Part shown: piece after piece, positions 14,311 to 28,178 of the stretch
Numbering within the stretch: the first letter of the stretch is position 1
Layout of the letters: every line of letters starts with the position of its first letter
NCBI GenBank assembly: GCA_964016885.1
Contig: OZ024741.1
Location: 213,094,001 to 213,158,000, forward strand
DNA: 64,000 bases
Direction: 5' to 3'
Source of the DNA: Eledone cirrhosa
Taxonomy: Eukaryota
The notes under the pieces: model-generated
Database searches by the model: none
Told to the model about the DNA's origin: nothing
What the model saw: the letters and a program-made list of their open reading frames with translations, nothing else
Translations under genes and position numbers: made by a program

Positions 14311-14459
14311 ATAGTAGTAGTAGTAGTTATTTGTGTATGTGTACCATTGATGCTGTTATTGTTTATGATTTTCATTGTTTGATTTGTCAGCTATTATACA
14401 AAAGTTGGAATGTGTCAATTTGGAATTTGTTACGTTTAGCGTCGTACTTGTCATTGTTG

Positions 14460-14491
<32 letters not shown>

Positions 14492-14825
14492 GTTGTTGCT
14501 GTTGTTGTAGTTGTTGTTGTTGTAGTTGTTGTTGTTACTGTTGTTGTTGCTGCTTTTGTTGTTGTTGACATGACGTTGAAGATTGTTGCTATTATTGTTG
14601 TTGCTGTTGTTGCTGCTGCTGTTGTTCTTCAGTTTGCTAATGTTGTTGTAGCTGTTGTTATTATTGTGGCTGTTGTTGTTGTTGTTATTGTTATTGTTGC
14701 ATTTGCTATTATTGTTGTTCTTCAGTTTGTTACTGTTGTTGCTGTTATCGTTGTTGTTATTGTTGGTGCTATTATTGTTGTTACTCTTCTTGTTGTTATT
14801 GTTGCTGTAGTTGATGTTGTCACAC
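13685..14825. repeat. (GTT)n/(GTA)n/(GGT)n compound microsatellite
   Basis: Seen directly in the sequence. Confidence 0.9.
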
Positions 14826-15362
14826 ATGTGCTATGTCTTTTATTTGATGTCATTATCGTTGGTATATTTCTATTTCATTTTATTTATTTCTGGCGTTGTT
14901 TCCTGTCATCAGCACCAGTACACTGTGCCACTGCCAATATAGGACTGTCTACAGAGATAGTCGAATCCCTTCCTTTCTGTGACAATATCACTCATATGAA
15001 TAACTTCACATTTATTTATTGAATTATGGCCAATTTGGAACAGATCCAACATGTCAGAATATTATGACGAGGTAGTGGAGGATGGATGGTGCCGTCAGGT
15101 TGATAATAACAAGTAGTGGGAGTGGAGGAACAGGAAAAAGAAGATTTTGATTGTAGACAGGAATATATATATAATTAAGGTATATATATATATGTATACT
15201 TTATATATATGTTTATATGATGTGTTGTGTAGACGTTGTAGATGCACATAGTCCCTGACAGTGTAACGTAAGGGAGGTTTGAGGAGGGGAAGCTAGACGT
15301 AAGGTGAGAGGAGTAAGCTATAGGAAGGTGGAGGGAAGAAATATTTGGAACAAACAGACCAG

Positions 15363-15455
<93 letters not shown>

Positions 15456-15466
15456 TATATATATAT

Positions 15467-15530
<64 letters not shown>

Positions 15531-15543
15531 GCATATATATTAT

Positions 15544-15580
<37 letters not shown>

Positions 15581-15583
15581 GTT

Positions 15584-15666
<83 letters not shown>

Positions 15667-16329
15667 CCAGTTTGGTAACTGGCAAGGTTAGGTTAGACCA
15701 CCATTTCTAGCTCCTTCGTACTAGTAGGTGAGCAGTTCTATTCCCTCAAAAGAGGCTGATCAGTCGCCAGGAGTACTGCTGAATCGCACCATTACCAAAC
15801 TAAAGACGAAGCAACCAATTCCCCTAATCATCTACATAGAGGTTAACTATTATCTACTCCTAGTTTGTTAGACCTGTATGCTCTAATGCGCTTCCATCAC
15901 CATACAGCTTTTGAAATTCTGAATGCCATTCCGAAATTCCAAAATTTTCCTCTGCATAACTTTTATTAGAGCGGATAACTCTTTGCAGAGAGTAAAACCA
16001 ACTTTTCAGAACAATCACCAACAACTCAAGTGCCTCAACTAAGTTTGGACCGACCAGGAACGAACTGCGCTTCGTATTTTATATACAGGTTTGCCTTCTA
16101 CAAGATGGATATCCTGACAAGAGTTATGGATCTATCACTTCCCAGATATGCATATTAACACACAGCATATAAATAAGTATTGGATGGGTGTCGACTTTCA
16201 TGAATTCCTACACCCTTTGATGGGTTTTGTTTTTCATGCCTCAGAGTATCGCCAAAAATCCTCCTCACCAAGAAATCTTAGTAATGTTGTCGGTCAAATT
16301 GCCAACGACCCGAGCATATGACAGGGTTT

Positions 16330-16760
16330 GCTGGTCTACATGATAACAGTGGCACACAAGAGTCATACAAATCTTCATACCTTCATTCTCGAACTTCTCT
16401 ATGCTGACGAGTGTGATATTGTCATTCAAAGTAAGACAGATCTTAAGCTACTAATGGACAGCTTTTTGGCCTTGTTCAGTGGATTCGGTCTTACAATCAG
16501 GCTCAGGAAAACCCTAGTAATGTATCATCCACCACCATCTAGACACATCAAGGATAAAGTGTTGGATATTGTGGATACGTTTGCCCTAATCCAGTTTTAA
16601 TGTCTTTCACCAGGAAGTTAATTATAGACTTTCCATGGCTTGCGATGCTTATGGAAGGCTGACATAATGTTGTCAACAAAAGAAGCGATCTACAATACAG
16701 GCATTAAAATCTCTGTTGTATGGATGTGAGACTTGGAGGACAAGTCATAGTACAGCTAAC
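16330..16760 (+). mobile_element. RTE-clade LINE reverse transcriptase fragment (decayed)
   Basis: ELLYADECDIV...GFGLTIRLRKTLVM is a degenerate YADD region, and LLYGCETW is encoded at 16713-16736. Confidence 0.8.
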
Positions 16761-16776
16761 GCCTTACGAGCTTCGA

Positions 16777-16825
<49 letters not shown>

Positions 16826-17031
16826 GAGAGAGAGATATATATATATAGAGAGAGATAGAGATAGAGAGAGAGAGAGAAAGGGAGAGAGAGAGAGAGAGAG
16901 GAAAAATAGTCAGGACCCCCGACGGCTGAGCTCCGGCCGTTTCGACAGCCGTCGGGATCCTCACTCTACTAACCTAAGTATCGAGTACTCTGGTGTTTCA
17001 TGGTCCACCTGGTTTCTTACCACACTTTCTT

Positions 17032-17108
<77 letters not shown>

Positions 17109-17112
<4 letters not shown>

Positions 17113-17292
17113 AAAAAGTATGACCCCGACGGCAGAGCTCAAGCTGTTTCGACTCAGTCCAGAAATAACCGTCGAAACAGCTTGAGCTCTGCCGTCGGAG
17201 TTATACCTTTTCCTATTTCCCAGTCTACTACCCTAAGTATTGAGTACTTTGGTGCGTTATGGTCCATCTGGTTCCTTACCACATTTCCTTTG

Positions 17293-17294
<2 letters not shown>
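17109..17294 (+). mobile_element. ~190 bp hairpin-plus-tail repeat family in (TA)n; other copies at 971-1030, 16900-17037, 24660-24890, 34917-35119, 47917-48109, 48854-49018
   Basis: Inverted arms at 17109-17153 and 17171-17215, followed by a conserved tail CTACTACCCTAAGTATTGAGTACT.TGGTGCGTTATGGTCCATCTGGTTCC. All copies abut (TA)n. Confidence 0.85.
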
Positions 17295-17391
<97 letters not shown>

Positions 17392-18068
17392 AGTATGAAA
17401 TTGCTTCCACAAGTCTACAACTGTTTCATTCAAAAGAAATCATCAGAAAAGCTTGAAACATTGTGTGTGTGTATGCATGGTCTGTGTATGTGTGTGTGTG
17501 TTGGTATGTGACGGTAATTAGTTAGAAACACCCTTCGTTTACAAAAGGCCATGGGATTTGCGCTTTCTCTCCAAGTCACAAAGTTTGGAAAAGACCAACA
17601 GTCACCCATGTGTATCTGTTTCCTCTCTCCACGCTACCGACGTTGTCCAAAGGAAAAGTAAATGCATACTTATGCATGCTTATATACATATATACATACA
17701 TACATGCATTTATATACACATACATACATATATACATTGATACAGACATGCATACACACATAGACATACACATACATACATACACACACCCATATATACA
17801 TATATATATACATACATACACGCATACATACACACATCCATATACACACACACATACATATACATATACATGATGGCTGCCCCCTCGTTATCGAGTATGG
17901 CTATTGCACGAATATATATATATATATATATATATATATGGAAAGTTATATTTAAATTGTTGGGTTACAACTAGTAAATATTTATAACTGATATAAAAGC
18001 ACTCGACAAGTATTTGGAGTATATTTACGATATTAAATAAATGGAAACTATATTTATAAAACCATATT

Positions 18069-18134
18069 TATTTCATTATATATATTTCAGGGATATCATA
18101 TTAACAATATGCTATGCCTTCCTCAGACAAAATA
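18069..18134 (-). ncRNA. Type I hammerhead ribozyme in the PLE pseudo-LTR
   Basis: Reverse complement of 21433-21498. Confidence 0.8.
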
Positions 18135-19443
18135 CAATATAGACAGTTTTATAGATAAATAGATTTGACATACCGTTCAACATCGACTTCTATTTGAAAA
18201 GTTGATTTGGCAGTGAAAAAAAAAATTGTAAACAGAAAGAAAGAAAGAAAAGAAAGAAAGAAAACGAAGAAAAAGAAGAAAAAGAAGAAATGCATGGAAC
18301 AAAATAGAGAGATGGAAAGATAGATAAAGAGAAGAACTTCATGTAAAGAAACAGAGAGATATATATAGAGAGAGGAAATAGATAGAGATAGATATATATA
18401 GAGAAAAGTAGGTAGTTGGACATCCGTTGAATAAATGTATCAATGATACATTTATTTATTTATTTATTTATTTAGCTCTAGTATTAATGTAAGGGAGATA
18501 TATGTGGTTAGGAGAGAAACCAGCTGTTATATAGAGAGAAAAATGAAAAGTAACCAGACATAGGCGAGGCATAAAAACCCTATGTTTTAATGTAGAAGTA
18601 TTAGTATGTACAAAAACCAGGCACTATAATGTAAATATCAGTATTCCTGAATGAGACACGTATCCATAATGTGTGAAAAGTAATGATCTTATGTTTAGTT
18701 TTAAAAATTCATATGTTTATATGATAACTACAAACATCGATGTGAATTTACGTGATCAACTCTGCAAACCCCAATCTCAACGGAGAACATTCTCATTGTG
18801 CTATAAAAATTTAAGTATACATATATGTGTATATATATACACATATATATAGAGTCTATATTACTACTATTCTTGTCTTTACTCCACATGATTATCTATC
18901 AAGCAGAAATAGAGAACAGATTTCAATATATTAATAAAAAATATCAGAAACAAAAACCAAAAAAATAATAATAATAATAATAATAAATAATAATAAAATA
19001 GAAAACTAAAAAATATTACGAAAAAATATTACATATTAAAAATATTACATATTAAAAATAAAAATATTAGAAAATACCACAATAATAAAAATAAACCACA
19101 AAGATCAACCCTTCAAAATTAATTGACAATATATTGCCAAGTTCATTATAAGCATCAGAGTCGAAAACAGATAAAGCTAAAAATTATTTATCAAATCGCG
19201 TCTAGCAAAAATCATTTCAAAAAGTTTAGGATGCCCATTTGGTCTATATGCGTTCTTATATTTAATATAGAAGTTTATCTAGTGTAACGTTTTTTCGAAA
19301 TATTTGGAGCATCAACTTTTAGGGTAGTTTAATTTTTCATGAAGAATGTTTAAATAAAAATAAAAATAAAAGAAGAATAAAAAGAAGAAATCGAAAGATT
19401 TATCGGCTAGTTTCCCAAATAATTATAAATCAAACTAAATATA

Positions 19444-20478
19444 CTACATTTTAAATTTAAATTTATATTTAAAAGTTGAGTTTAATCTATGTTTGCAGCA
19501 ACTGAATAAATTTGTCCGTAGATTAAGGGAATTTTTAGATTTTAGTATAAAGAATATCTCCTCTGCGCAGAGGTCACATGTCTCAGAGGATGAATTAAAA
19601 GGAATCCCTCTTGAGACTATATTCCAAGCCGTCGAATATCTAACGTTATCTAGCTTAAGTTGCCAGAGTACGCCTGATAGTGCTGTTGAAGATTTTTTGC
19701 TTGGATCTGTGAAAGAATTCTTGTGGTTATTATAGCGAAGTTTAAATTCCGTCGATGTGGAACCGACGTAGTTAAAAGAATTAGAGTCAGTTTTAACATT
19801 ACAATTGTATATTTTATTTTTAACTAAGCAGTTGTTATTTTACGGACATTTAGATCTATCTCTACAGTTACATTTGTTAACTTGTATATTATTTATGCTA
19901 TTATCACTAGGTTTTAAGTTCCTATTATTTATTCTATTAATATTTTGTGCTAAATTTTTGGTGGATGAATAGGTTAATTTTATAGTATGTCTATTGAAAA
20001 TTGAGTGATACCTATGTGTTCTAGGGAAGCGATTATCAAGAGCTTTAAAAAATAGTTTAGCGATGTGGGTTTTAATGTTTAGTGAGAAAGGGGGGGCAAA
20101 CCAAATTATGTTCCTAGTTCTATTTCTTTTTTGGCTTTTGGAATTATTGTAATGCTTTCTATTATAGTTGTTAAGGTTGTTGCCGTAATTAAAATAGTTG
20201 TTATTTTGTTTAGTTTGTCTATCATTATCTATGTACATAATCTTATCACTATATCCTGCTCTAGCTAACGCTTCATTGTAGTACTGGGCTTTTTCGTCGA
20301 AAATCTTTCTATTAGACGAGATTCTAGAGATACGTTTTTGAACAGAGTTTACTATAGTGTTTTTGACAAATCTGGGGTAGTTAGAGTTAAAGCTGACATA
20401 GTTTAAGTTTTCATTCAACTTGTGAAAAGGATAGTGAAGACATGTGTTGAGATTTAATGTTATATCTAGGAAATTGAC
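19444..20478 (-). pseudogene. PLE RT thumb + CNCR..CP..C linker + GIY-YIG endonuclease; single premature TAA at 19840-19842
   Basis: VNFLDI...NIIWFAPPFS...KCNCRDRSKCP*NNNCLVKNKIY...YVGSTSTEFKLRYNNHKNSF...CDLCAEE...CCKH. The same frame continues past the stop to TAG at 19444. Confidence 0.9.
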
Positions 20479-21432
20479 TTCTAATATTTTTATTTTTAAT
20501 ATGTAATATTTTTAATATGTAATATTTTTTCGTAATATTTTTTAGTTTTCTATTTTATTATTATTTATTATTATTATTATTATTATTTTTTTGGTTTTTG
20601 TTTGTGATATTTTTTATTAATATATTGAAATCTGTTCTCTATTTCTGCTTGATAGATAATCATGTGGAGTAAAGGCAGGAATAGTAGTAATATAGACTCT
20701 ATATATATGTGTATATATATACACATATATGTATACTTAAATTTTTATAGCACAATGAGAATGTTCTCCGTTGAGATAGGGGTTTGCAGAGTTGATCACG
20801 TAAAGTCACATCGATGTTTGTAGTTATCATATAAACATATGAATTTTTAAAACTAAACATAAGATCATTACTTTTCACACATTATGGATACGTGTCTCAT
20901 TCAGGAATACTGATATTTACATTATAGTGCCTGGTTTTTGTACATACTAATACTTCTACATTAAAACATAGGGTTTTTATGCCTCGCCTATGTCTGGTTA
21001 CTTTTCAATTTTCTCTATATATAACAGCTGGTTTCTCTCCTAACCACATATATCTCCCTTACATTAATACTAGAGCTAAATAAATAAATAAATAAATAAA
21101 TGTATCATTGATACATTTATTCAACGGATGTCCAACTACCTACTTTTCTCTATATATATCTATCTCTATCTATTTCCTCTCTCTATATATATCTCTCTGT
21201 TTCTTTACATGAAGTTCTTCTCTTTATCTATCTTTCCATCTCTCTATTTTGTTCCATGCATTTCTTCTTTTTCTTCTTTTTCTTCTTTTTCTTCGTTTTC
21301 TTTCTTTCTTTTTTTCTCTCTTTTTTTCTTTCTGTTTACAATTTTTTTTTTCACTGCCAAATCAACTTTTCAAATACAAGTCGATGTTGAACGGTATGTC
21401 AAATCTATTTATCTATAAAACTGTCTATATTG

Positions 21433-21498
21433 TATTTTGTCTGAGGAAGGCATAGCATATTGTTAATATGATATCCCTGAAATATATATAATGAAATA
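21433..21498 (+). ncRNA. Type I hammerhead ribozyme (inverted pseudo-LTR copy)
   Basis: Stem I TATTTTGT/ATGAAATA, core CTGAGGA, 14-bp stem II with 2 mismatches, GAA + palindromic ATATATAT stem III, cleavage triplet AUA. Confidence 0.8.
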
Positions 21499-21538
21499 AA
21501 TATGGTTTTATAAATATAGTTTCCATTTATTTAATATC

Positions 21539-21607
<69 letters not shown>

Positions 21608-21675
21608 CATATACACATATATTAATAACAATAATAATAATAACAACAGTAATAATAACAACAACAGCAATAATA

Positions 21676-21727
<52 letters not shown>

Positions 21728-22668
21728 GCACACACAAACTTATCAATGCACACACACGCCTATACATACACGCATACATAAACGCATATACGCACACATG
21801 CACACACATACACACATAAATACATGGATACATACATACATACATACATACATACATACATACATACATACATACATACATACATACATACATACATACT
21901 CTCATAGATAAATACATATTTACTTAGAGATCCCACTCACCGGCAAACAAACATCGAAAGTAACCATTTAGCTATTCAATTCTATTGTTACGGAAGAGAG
22001 AAAGAAATATAGTATATAATAAACTTATGAAATAGAGAAAAGATGACGATAAAACGTATGCTAGTCCTCCAGAAGTGAAGGAAACCATTGTAAGTGAAAT
22101 AAGATGCTTAAGAAATCACAAAATAAATCTTATTTGCAGTCACGACTTGTTACAGAACGCCATTAATGATGGTTAAAAAAAAAACGTTACGTCAGCCATT
22201 TTCTTAGATAAATAAGTTGAGTCGCTTACGGTAATAATAATATAAAAATACTAATAAAAAATAAATATATATAGAGAGAGAATAAGAAAAAGGGGAAGAA
22301 TCAAATATTACGCGATCGATAAAATGTCGATAACTTGTAGTAATCTCCAGGCCATTGAGTACTGTTTAAAGAAGGTAATCAATATCGGTCTAAAATATAT
22401 AATCAAGATAGAAGTATCTAATCGAAGATGAATATTCCATCTTTATATAATGTAACAAATGAGGTGTGTGACAGTTTCAGATGAGATTAATTGATTTATC
22501 AAAGAGGTATCCGTTCAAAAGAAAGCTTAATAAGTCGTGTAAAAACGTGCTGTGTTAAGATATGATCTTGTTTAATGTTAGTGAGAAACATCTGCCTTGC
22601 TTTTCGCTAGCTAAACATAGATTTCTATAGATTGTTCATATATACATACATACATACGTACGCGCGCG

Positions 22669-22700
<32 letters not shown>

Positions 22701-22834
22701 ATATATATATAATATATATATAATATATATATATAATATATATATATATAATATATATATATAATATATATATATAAAATATATATATAATATATATATA
22801 TACAGAATATAGTGAAGGCACTTGTATTAGCAGT

Positions 22835-23100
22835 GGAGGCGTGTGGCCTAGTGGTAAGGGTGCTGGACTTACGATCATAATGCCGTGGTTTCGATTCGTG
22901 GACTGTGTTGTTTGTGGAGTTCTTGTGCAAAACATTTGAAGTTGCTGCAGTATACTCAGCTAAAACTGAGTACCCGAAATAGCTGGGTGTTAAACCCTGT
23001 GATGAACTGGTGTCTTGTTTAGGTAGAAGTCTTGTACTCTCAGTCACTTAATGCCACAGAAACTGAGATAAGCCCTTGTCTGATGAGCAGCCGTGCTCGT
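22835..23100 (+). mobile_element. tRNA-derived SINE (OR-like, CORE + V-like segment)
   Basis: GGCGTGTGGCCTAGTGGTAAGG A-box, GGTTTCGATTC B-box and CCCTGTGATGAACTGG. Confidence 0.7.
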
Positions 23101-23239
23101 AAGAAACTTAGATTAGTCGTTAAAATGTACGTCTCATGATCGAAAGGTAATGAAACTGGACTGTGCATTAGGCTTCCGAGCAAAGCACTTTATTTAACGT
23201 TGTTCCAGTCAGCTCAGCTGGTAAAAATGTTGTTGTAAA

Positions 23240-23740
23240 TGAGGTCAAGCACTTAGTAATAGATATTGTTTATTGTCTATTCTTATAAAGAAATTGTAAT
23301 ATGACGGCTGCATCTTGAAAAAGACTGTCTCCCCCGAAGTCATATTTAGAGCAAGATGGTGTTTGGGTATACGGAGTTTGAGTCAGGAAATATGGATGAT
23401 GTTTGAAAGAAGAATTATGGATGATGTCTTGGATCTTGTATAGACATGTAGTTTGTAATTACCTTTCTTTTAATTAGTACATTAGTTACGAGTTTGGCAT
23501 TTTATAATTTTGTTCACTGAGTATTTTGTTTATTAATGGCTTTGTTTTCAGAATGTCTTATTTACGGGGAAGATTCAGTGATTACTTTGCGTTTGTTCAA
23601 GGTGTATCTACGTTCATATTTATGAATCTGACGGTCTTATTTGTTTATTTACCTATATTAAGTTTGTGTCTAGTTATTATGGAGTATCTCACTTTACACA
23701 CAAGATCATCAGACACGAGTCCACAGAAAAAAGATTAGAG
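23240..23740 (-). mobile_element. Strongly decayed retroelement coding remnant, probably PLE
   Basis: About 65 bp (23412-23478) is shared with the insert at 24729-24795 inside a hairpin-family copy. The minus-strand peptide is only weakly PLE-like. Confidence 0.4.
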
Positions 23741-24532
23741 AAACAAAACACACAGTTGACTATAATAATGAAAATCTTGTCTCCTATGGCACTAAATACT
23801 CATTTTCGCAATTAATGATTAACAGATTTGATTGCTTATATATCAATAAATATATATATATATAATAATAATATTATTTATACTTATATATATACACTTA
23901 TATATACACTATATATAATTATAAACAGGAAAGGTCAGTAATCCATTACTACCTTATTACCAGTAAGAAAAATAACTCAATATAAATACATCAGATGTTT
24001 TACAGAGCAGGAATATAAATTATAAACTGACTACTTATAAACGTTCACTAAAATATAACCAATGTAATGGAAAAGAAAACAATAATATTAATACTCTCAA
24101 CACATGCACATTTGAACATTACAGGAACAGTTATCACACTACATTCACCATAAACTTCATAGAAACTAATTTTAATACACAAACATCTTTGTCTTCTTAA
24201 TATGCTTGTAAACCTGTGTTATATTATGTGATACCTTTGCCATACTGTAATATATATGCCTAGTACCATTGCTTGTTTCCTAACTAGCTATCCTGTACAT
24301 GCCTAAAACATTTGTACTCTCTATACGCTTGCATATGTACTGCTAATGTCCTAGTTTTGCGAGTAACTTTCTGCCTTAATGCCTCTTTAATTGTTATATT
24401 ATTCTCTTGTAATCTCTGTCACATCCACTCCACTCTGTAAATGTGAAACTGTTGATCACAAGATTAATATCTATGTATCTATATGATTTTTCTGTCGAAT
24501 AGGAAGTTAATTATATGTCTAAACTTTGTTAG

Positions 24533-24579
24533 TGCTCCGATGAAACCAAACGAAAGTTTGGAAGAAACGATTGTCAGCA
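24533..24579 (+). ncRNA. Minimal type I hammerhead variant (CCGAUGA core) at the end of a pseudo-LTR-like segment (~23860-24620)
   Basis: Stem I TGCT/AGCA, core CCGATGA, stem II CCAAAC-GAAA-GTTTGG, GAAAC-GATT-GTC cleavage site. It is followed by AATAAA and (TA)n. Confidence 0.6.
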
Positions 24580-24615
24580 ATAAAATGTTCTGAACATAGT
24601 TTTGATTATTGTGTA

Positions 24616-24660
<45 letters not shown>

Positions 24661-24910
24661 AAGAGTCAGGAGCCCGACGGCTGAGCTCCGGCTGCTTCGG
24701 CAGCTAGTTCTGATGATGCTTGAGGGAGGAATTATGAATGATGTCTTGGATCTAGTATAGGCATGCACTTTGTAATTACCATTCGTTTCATTATTGTCGG
24801 GGTCCAGACTCTTTTCCTATTACCCACTCTACTACCCAAAGTATGGAGTACTCTGGTGCGTTATGGTCCACCTGGTATGTTACCACATCTATATATATTA
24901 TATATATACA

Positions 24911-24943
<33 letters not shown>

Positions 24944-25429
24944 CGTGTGTGCGTGCGCGCGCGCGCGTGTGTGTATACGTGCGTGTGTTCTGTGAATATC
25001 ATAAACATGCACTGAGTGGACGATAAACATTGCATTAACTCCAGATGCTCTACACCTTCCGCACCTACTGATAATCAATTCTCATTGAGTTTAAGCCTCA
25101 CTGTGCTAAACGTACAGTTGTCTTCGCAACTTGCCTGAATTTATATATAATTGTCATAAAATATTGACTAACAGGGGTTCCGTTAACAACACTCCAATCA
25201 ATAAATAATGATGTTAGGTTCAAGCACTCAGCGTCATATGTATTCTTTCAATTCCGTTGTGGAATTTACGTACAACAAAGATAGAAATACGATGGTTAGA
25301 TATTCATAATTTATTCTATTACGTAACGAACTGTAATACGTATTGCTGTGGCGCTATTAATTAAATAATACTATCTTCACACAATCACTAGTTTGACTAT
25401 TTCAGACAGATTATTGGGTTGTACATTTG

Positions 25430-25951
25430 TTATGAATACATTTTTAATGCAATACAGGCTGTTGCCAAGGTGACATACGATCCTGCTATACGGCTGCGAA
25501 ACCTGGCCACTGACAGCAGAGGACATGCGCAAACTCGAAGTTTTCGACCATCCTTCGTGTTCGCTGTCAACAATTCATCTCGAATTCTACAAACCATGCA
25601 TGCTGCAAAATATCCTCCCTCCAGCAAGTTCTTCTCCCGAGGGGTCTTCGCTGGCTTGATGATGCTCTCCGTCGACAACCGGACGACTTCATCTGCGAAG
25701 CCATTGATCCATCTCCTCCGTTGGGATGGAGGAAACGTCGTGGAGGCCAACTGAAAATGTGGCTTAGGAGGGTGAGGCAAGACGCTGAGCTGATCTTAGG
25801 CCCACGCCTCTGTGGGGTTTGGCGATGGAACTGCGAATGGCTGACACTCATATCTTCGATAGCATCGGACCGTCGTGATACGGTAAATTCGTTGGACGGA
25901 GCCGGATCAACCGACACAGGGTGAATGCCTCCACAAGAACAAGAAGAACAA
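25430..25951 (+). mobile_element. RTE-clade LINE 3' fragment
   Basis: LLYGCETWPLTAEDMRKLEVFDH from 25483, then GWRKRRGGQLKMW, then a short tandem tail CAAGAACAAGAAGAACAAG. Confidence 0.85.
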
Positions 25952-26040
25952 GGGGGCATACTTTTATCGGATGCTGCTCTTATAAAATTTCGTTCCCCTT
26001 TCAATAGCGTGTATTACATTAGAAATATATTACATAACAA

Positions 26041-26205
26041 ATGTATAACTCACAAGGGCAGACATTGTCGGTGGTGGGCATCCATTTCGGGGAGCCATGC
26101 TTCTCCCATGGCCAACTTTATGCTGCCTCTTCTCGCGTAGGGAGCAGGAATGGAGTTTTTGCTTACACTCCTCAAGCGATGATACACAATATCGTCTACA
26201 ATTCG
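26041..26205 (+). mobile_element. Helitron PIF1-type helicase C-terminal fragment (inverted duplicate of 26490-26650)
   Basis: SQGQTLSVVGIHFGEPCFSHGQLYAASSRVG matches helicase motifs V-VI. Confidence 0.85.
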
Positions 26206-26478
26206 CTATCGGAAGATTATTAACCCATCATTGATTGTCCAAAATGCTAATTGGTTCGTAACTTTTAATAACCGGTTATTAAATGTTTCGAACCAATTAG
26301 CATTTTGGACAATCAATGATGGGTTAATAATCTTCCATTTGCGAATTTAGCAGACCAAAGTTGCAAGATGGTGGCCCTGATACTGCTGGGTGTCCGATCT
26401 GTCAGCCATGGGTGACCCTACCAGGAAATACTTTTCAAGACGGCATAGCTCAAACACCTCCAACACCTGCACCAACAT

Positions 26479-27605
26479 CTATAGCACCTCTTTGTAGACG
26501 ATATTGCGTATCATAGCTTGAGGAGTGTAAGCAAAAACTCCATTCCTGCTCCCTACGAGAGAAGAGACAACATAAAGTTGGCCATGGGAGAAGCATGGCT
26601 CCCCGGAATGGATGCACACCACCGACAATGTTTGCCCTTGTGAGTTGTTAATGGACATGGCAAAACATGGTCTCACCGGGAATTGGGACCCCCGGAAATC
26701 GAACGAGATATCTGACGCCGAGGGGAAAAGGTTCATCCTTGGCAGTGTATTCACCAGAATTGCTAGAAGTACAACACTATTAATATTTAACCAATGAAAG
26801 TCGTAAAAAATAAATAATTAAAACATTCCGATTCATATGTCTATAGCATTAATCTGTTATATGAAGTGTTATTTTGCGGGTTGTTATTTGCAATAAGCCG
26901 ATTTAAAATACCCCAGAAAAGCCGTATGTCAATACAGAAATCCAATGACTCCCCCAGCAGTTAAATTATAGAGAGGGGAATAATCTATTATAGAGAGAGG
27001 GAAGAGCGATGGAGAGAGTAAAGCTAAGAAACTATAGGGAGGTGTGTAAAACAGTGTTGTCATATAGAGTGAAGAGCCACAGAGAGAGTAAAGCAGTTAC
27101 ATTATAGAGAGGGGGTATAATCTATTGTTGAGAGAGGGAAAAGCGACGGAGAGAGCAAAGCTAAGAAACTATAGGGAGGTGCGTTAAACCTCAAAGCATG
27201 AAGAGAGTAAAGCAGTTAAATTATAGAGAGGGGGAATGATCTATTATAGAGAGAGGGAAGAGCGACGGAGAGAGCGTTATGACTATGTTTGTTGTTGTAT
27301 AAAATGATGTGTTGCTTAGTTTTCAAAGTTTATGTCGCGTTCCTGAACGAAGTTTTGTCGCTGTTGGGTAGTAGAGAGAGTGAATAAACGTGTAAGAGAG
27401 AGGGTTACAGCATGTATTTAGTTTTATCGATTTTTTTTCATAGAAGCAGGAAATTTTTGGCAAAGTTTATTATGCGTTGAGCATCGTTGGTAAATTTGGA
27501 GCACATTGGAAAAAATATCATCAAAATCGGTAGAGGAATGTGGAAATGCATAAAAATGATACACACACACAGACAGACATCTTCCGTTTCATATATATAT
27601 ATAGA
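26479..27605 (-). mobile_element. Internally deleted Helitron: 5' TC end, internal ~125 bp tandem repeat (26960-27280), helicase C-terminus
   Basis: A|TCTATATATATATATGAAACGGAAGATGTCTGTCTGTGTG start at 27605 and LPRMNLFPS..QFPVRPCFAMSINNSQGQTL..PCFSHGQLYV..NIVYKEVL* at 26479-26745. Continuity between the two parts is inferred. Confidence 0.7.
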
Positions 27606-27678
27606 TATATATTTACATTTAGATATATATATATATTTACATATAGATATAGATATATATTTACATTTACAGATACAT

Positions 27679-27720
<42 letters not shown>

Positions 27721-27740
27721 GCGGGTTGCAGACGCACAAC

Positions 27741-27822
<82 letters not shown>

Positions 27823-27891
27823 TAAATCTACCAAAAGTTTACGGTAGTGTCCAATCCGTATGAAGAACTCAATGTAATCTGGATATCATGG

Positions 27892-27929
<38 letters not shown>

Positions 27930-28150
27930 GGAAGTGGGTACCATTCTTCTGCTATCAAAGCTGCCAAGTCCTAGGTTGAAATGGTGTAGGCGCCTAGTCT
28001 GAACTTCTCTTAATCTTGATATGTTGGGGCTTATATATGTCATCTTGAAAACTGATGACGGAGAGGAACTGCGCAATTCATTAATTGATAAGCTTATTCG
28101 CTTTCAAGCCACGTTTACCTGTATGTAACTTTTCATAGCAAATGAACAAA

Positions 28151-28178
28151 CCCGAGCAACGCTGGGCTAAACAGCTAG
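28151..28178 (+). mobile_element. Helitron 3' terminus
   Basis: GC hairpin CCCGAGC-AAC-GCTGGG followed after 8 nt by CTAG and then T. Confidence 0.7.

Larger units (their letters stand above)
17940..21541 (-). mobile_element. 5'-truncated Naiad-like Penelope element with an inverted copy of its 3' pseudo-LTR
   Basis: Near-identical ~1.05 kb inverted arms (18026-19072 and 20479-21541) enclose the ORF remnant. (TA)n lies on both flanks. Confidence 0.9.
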
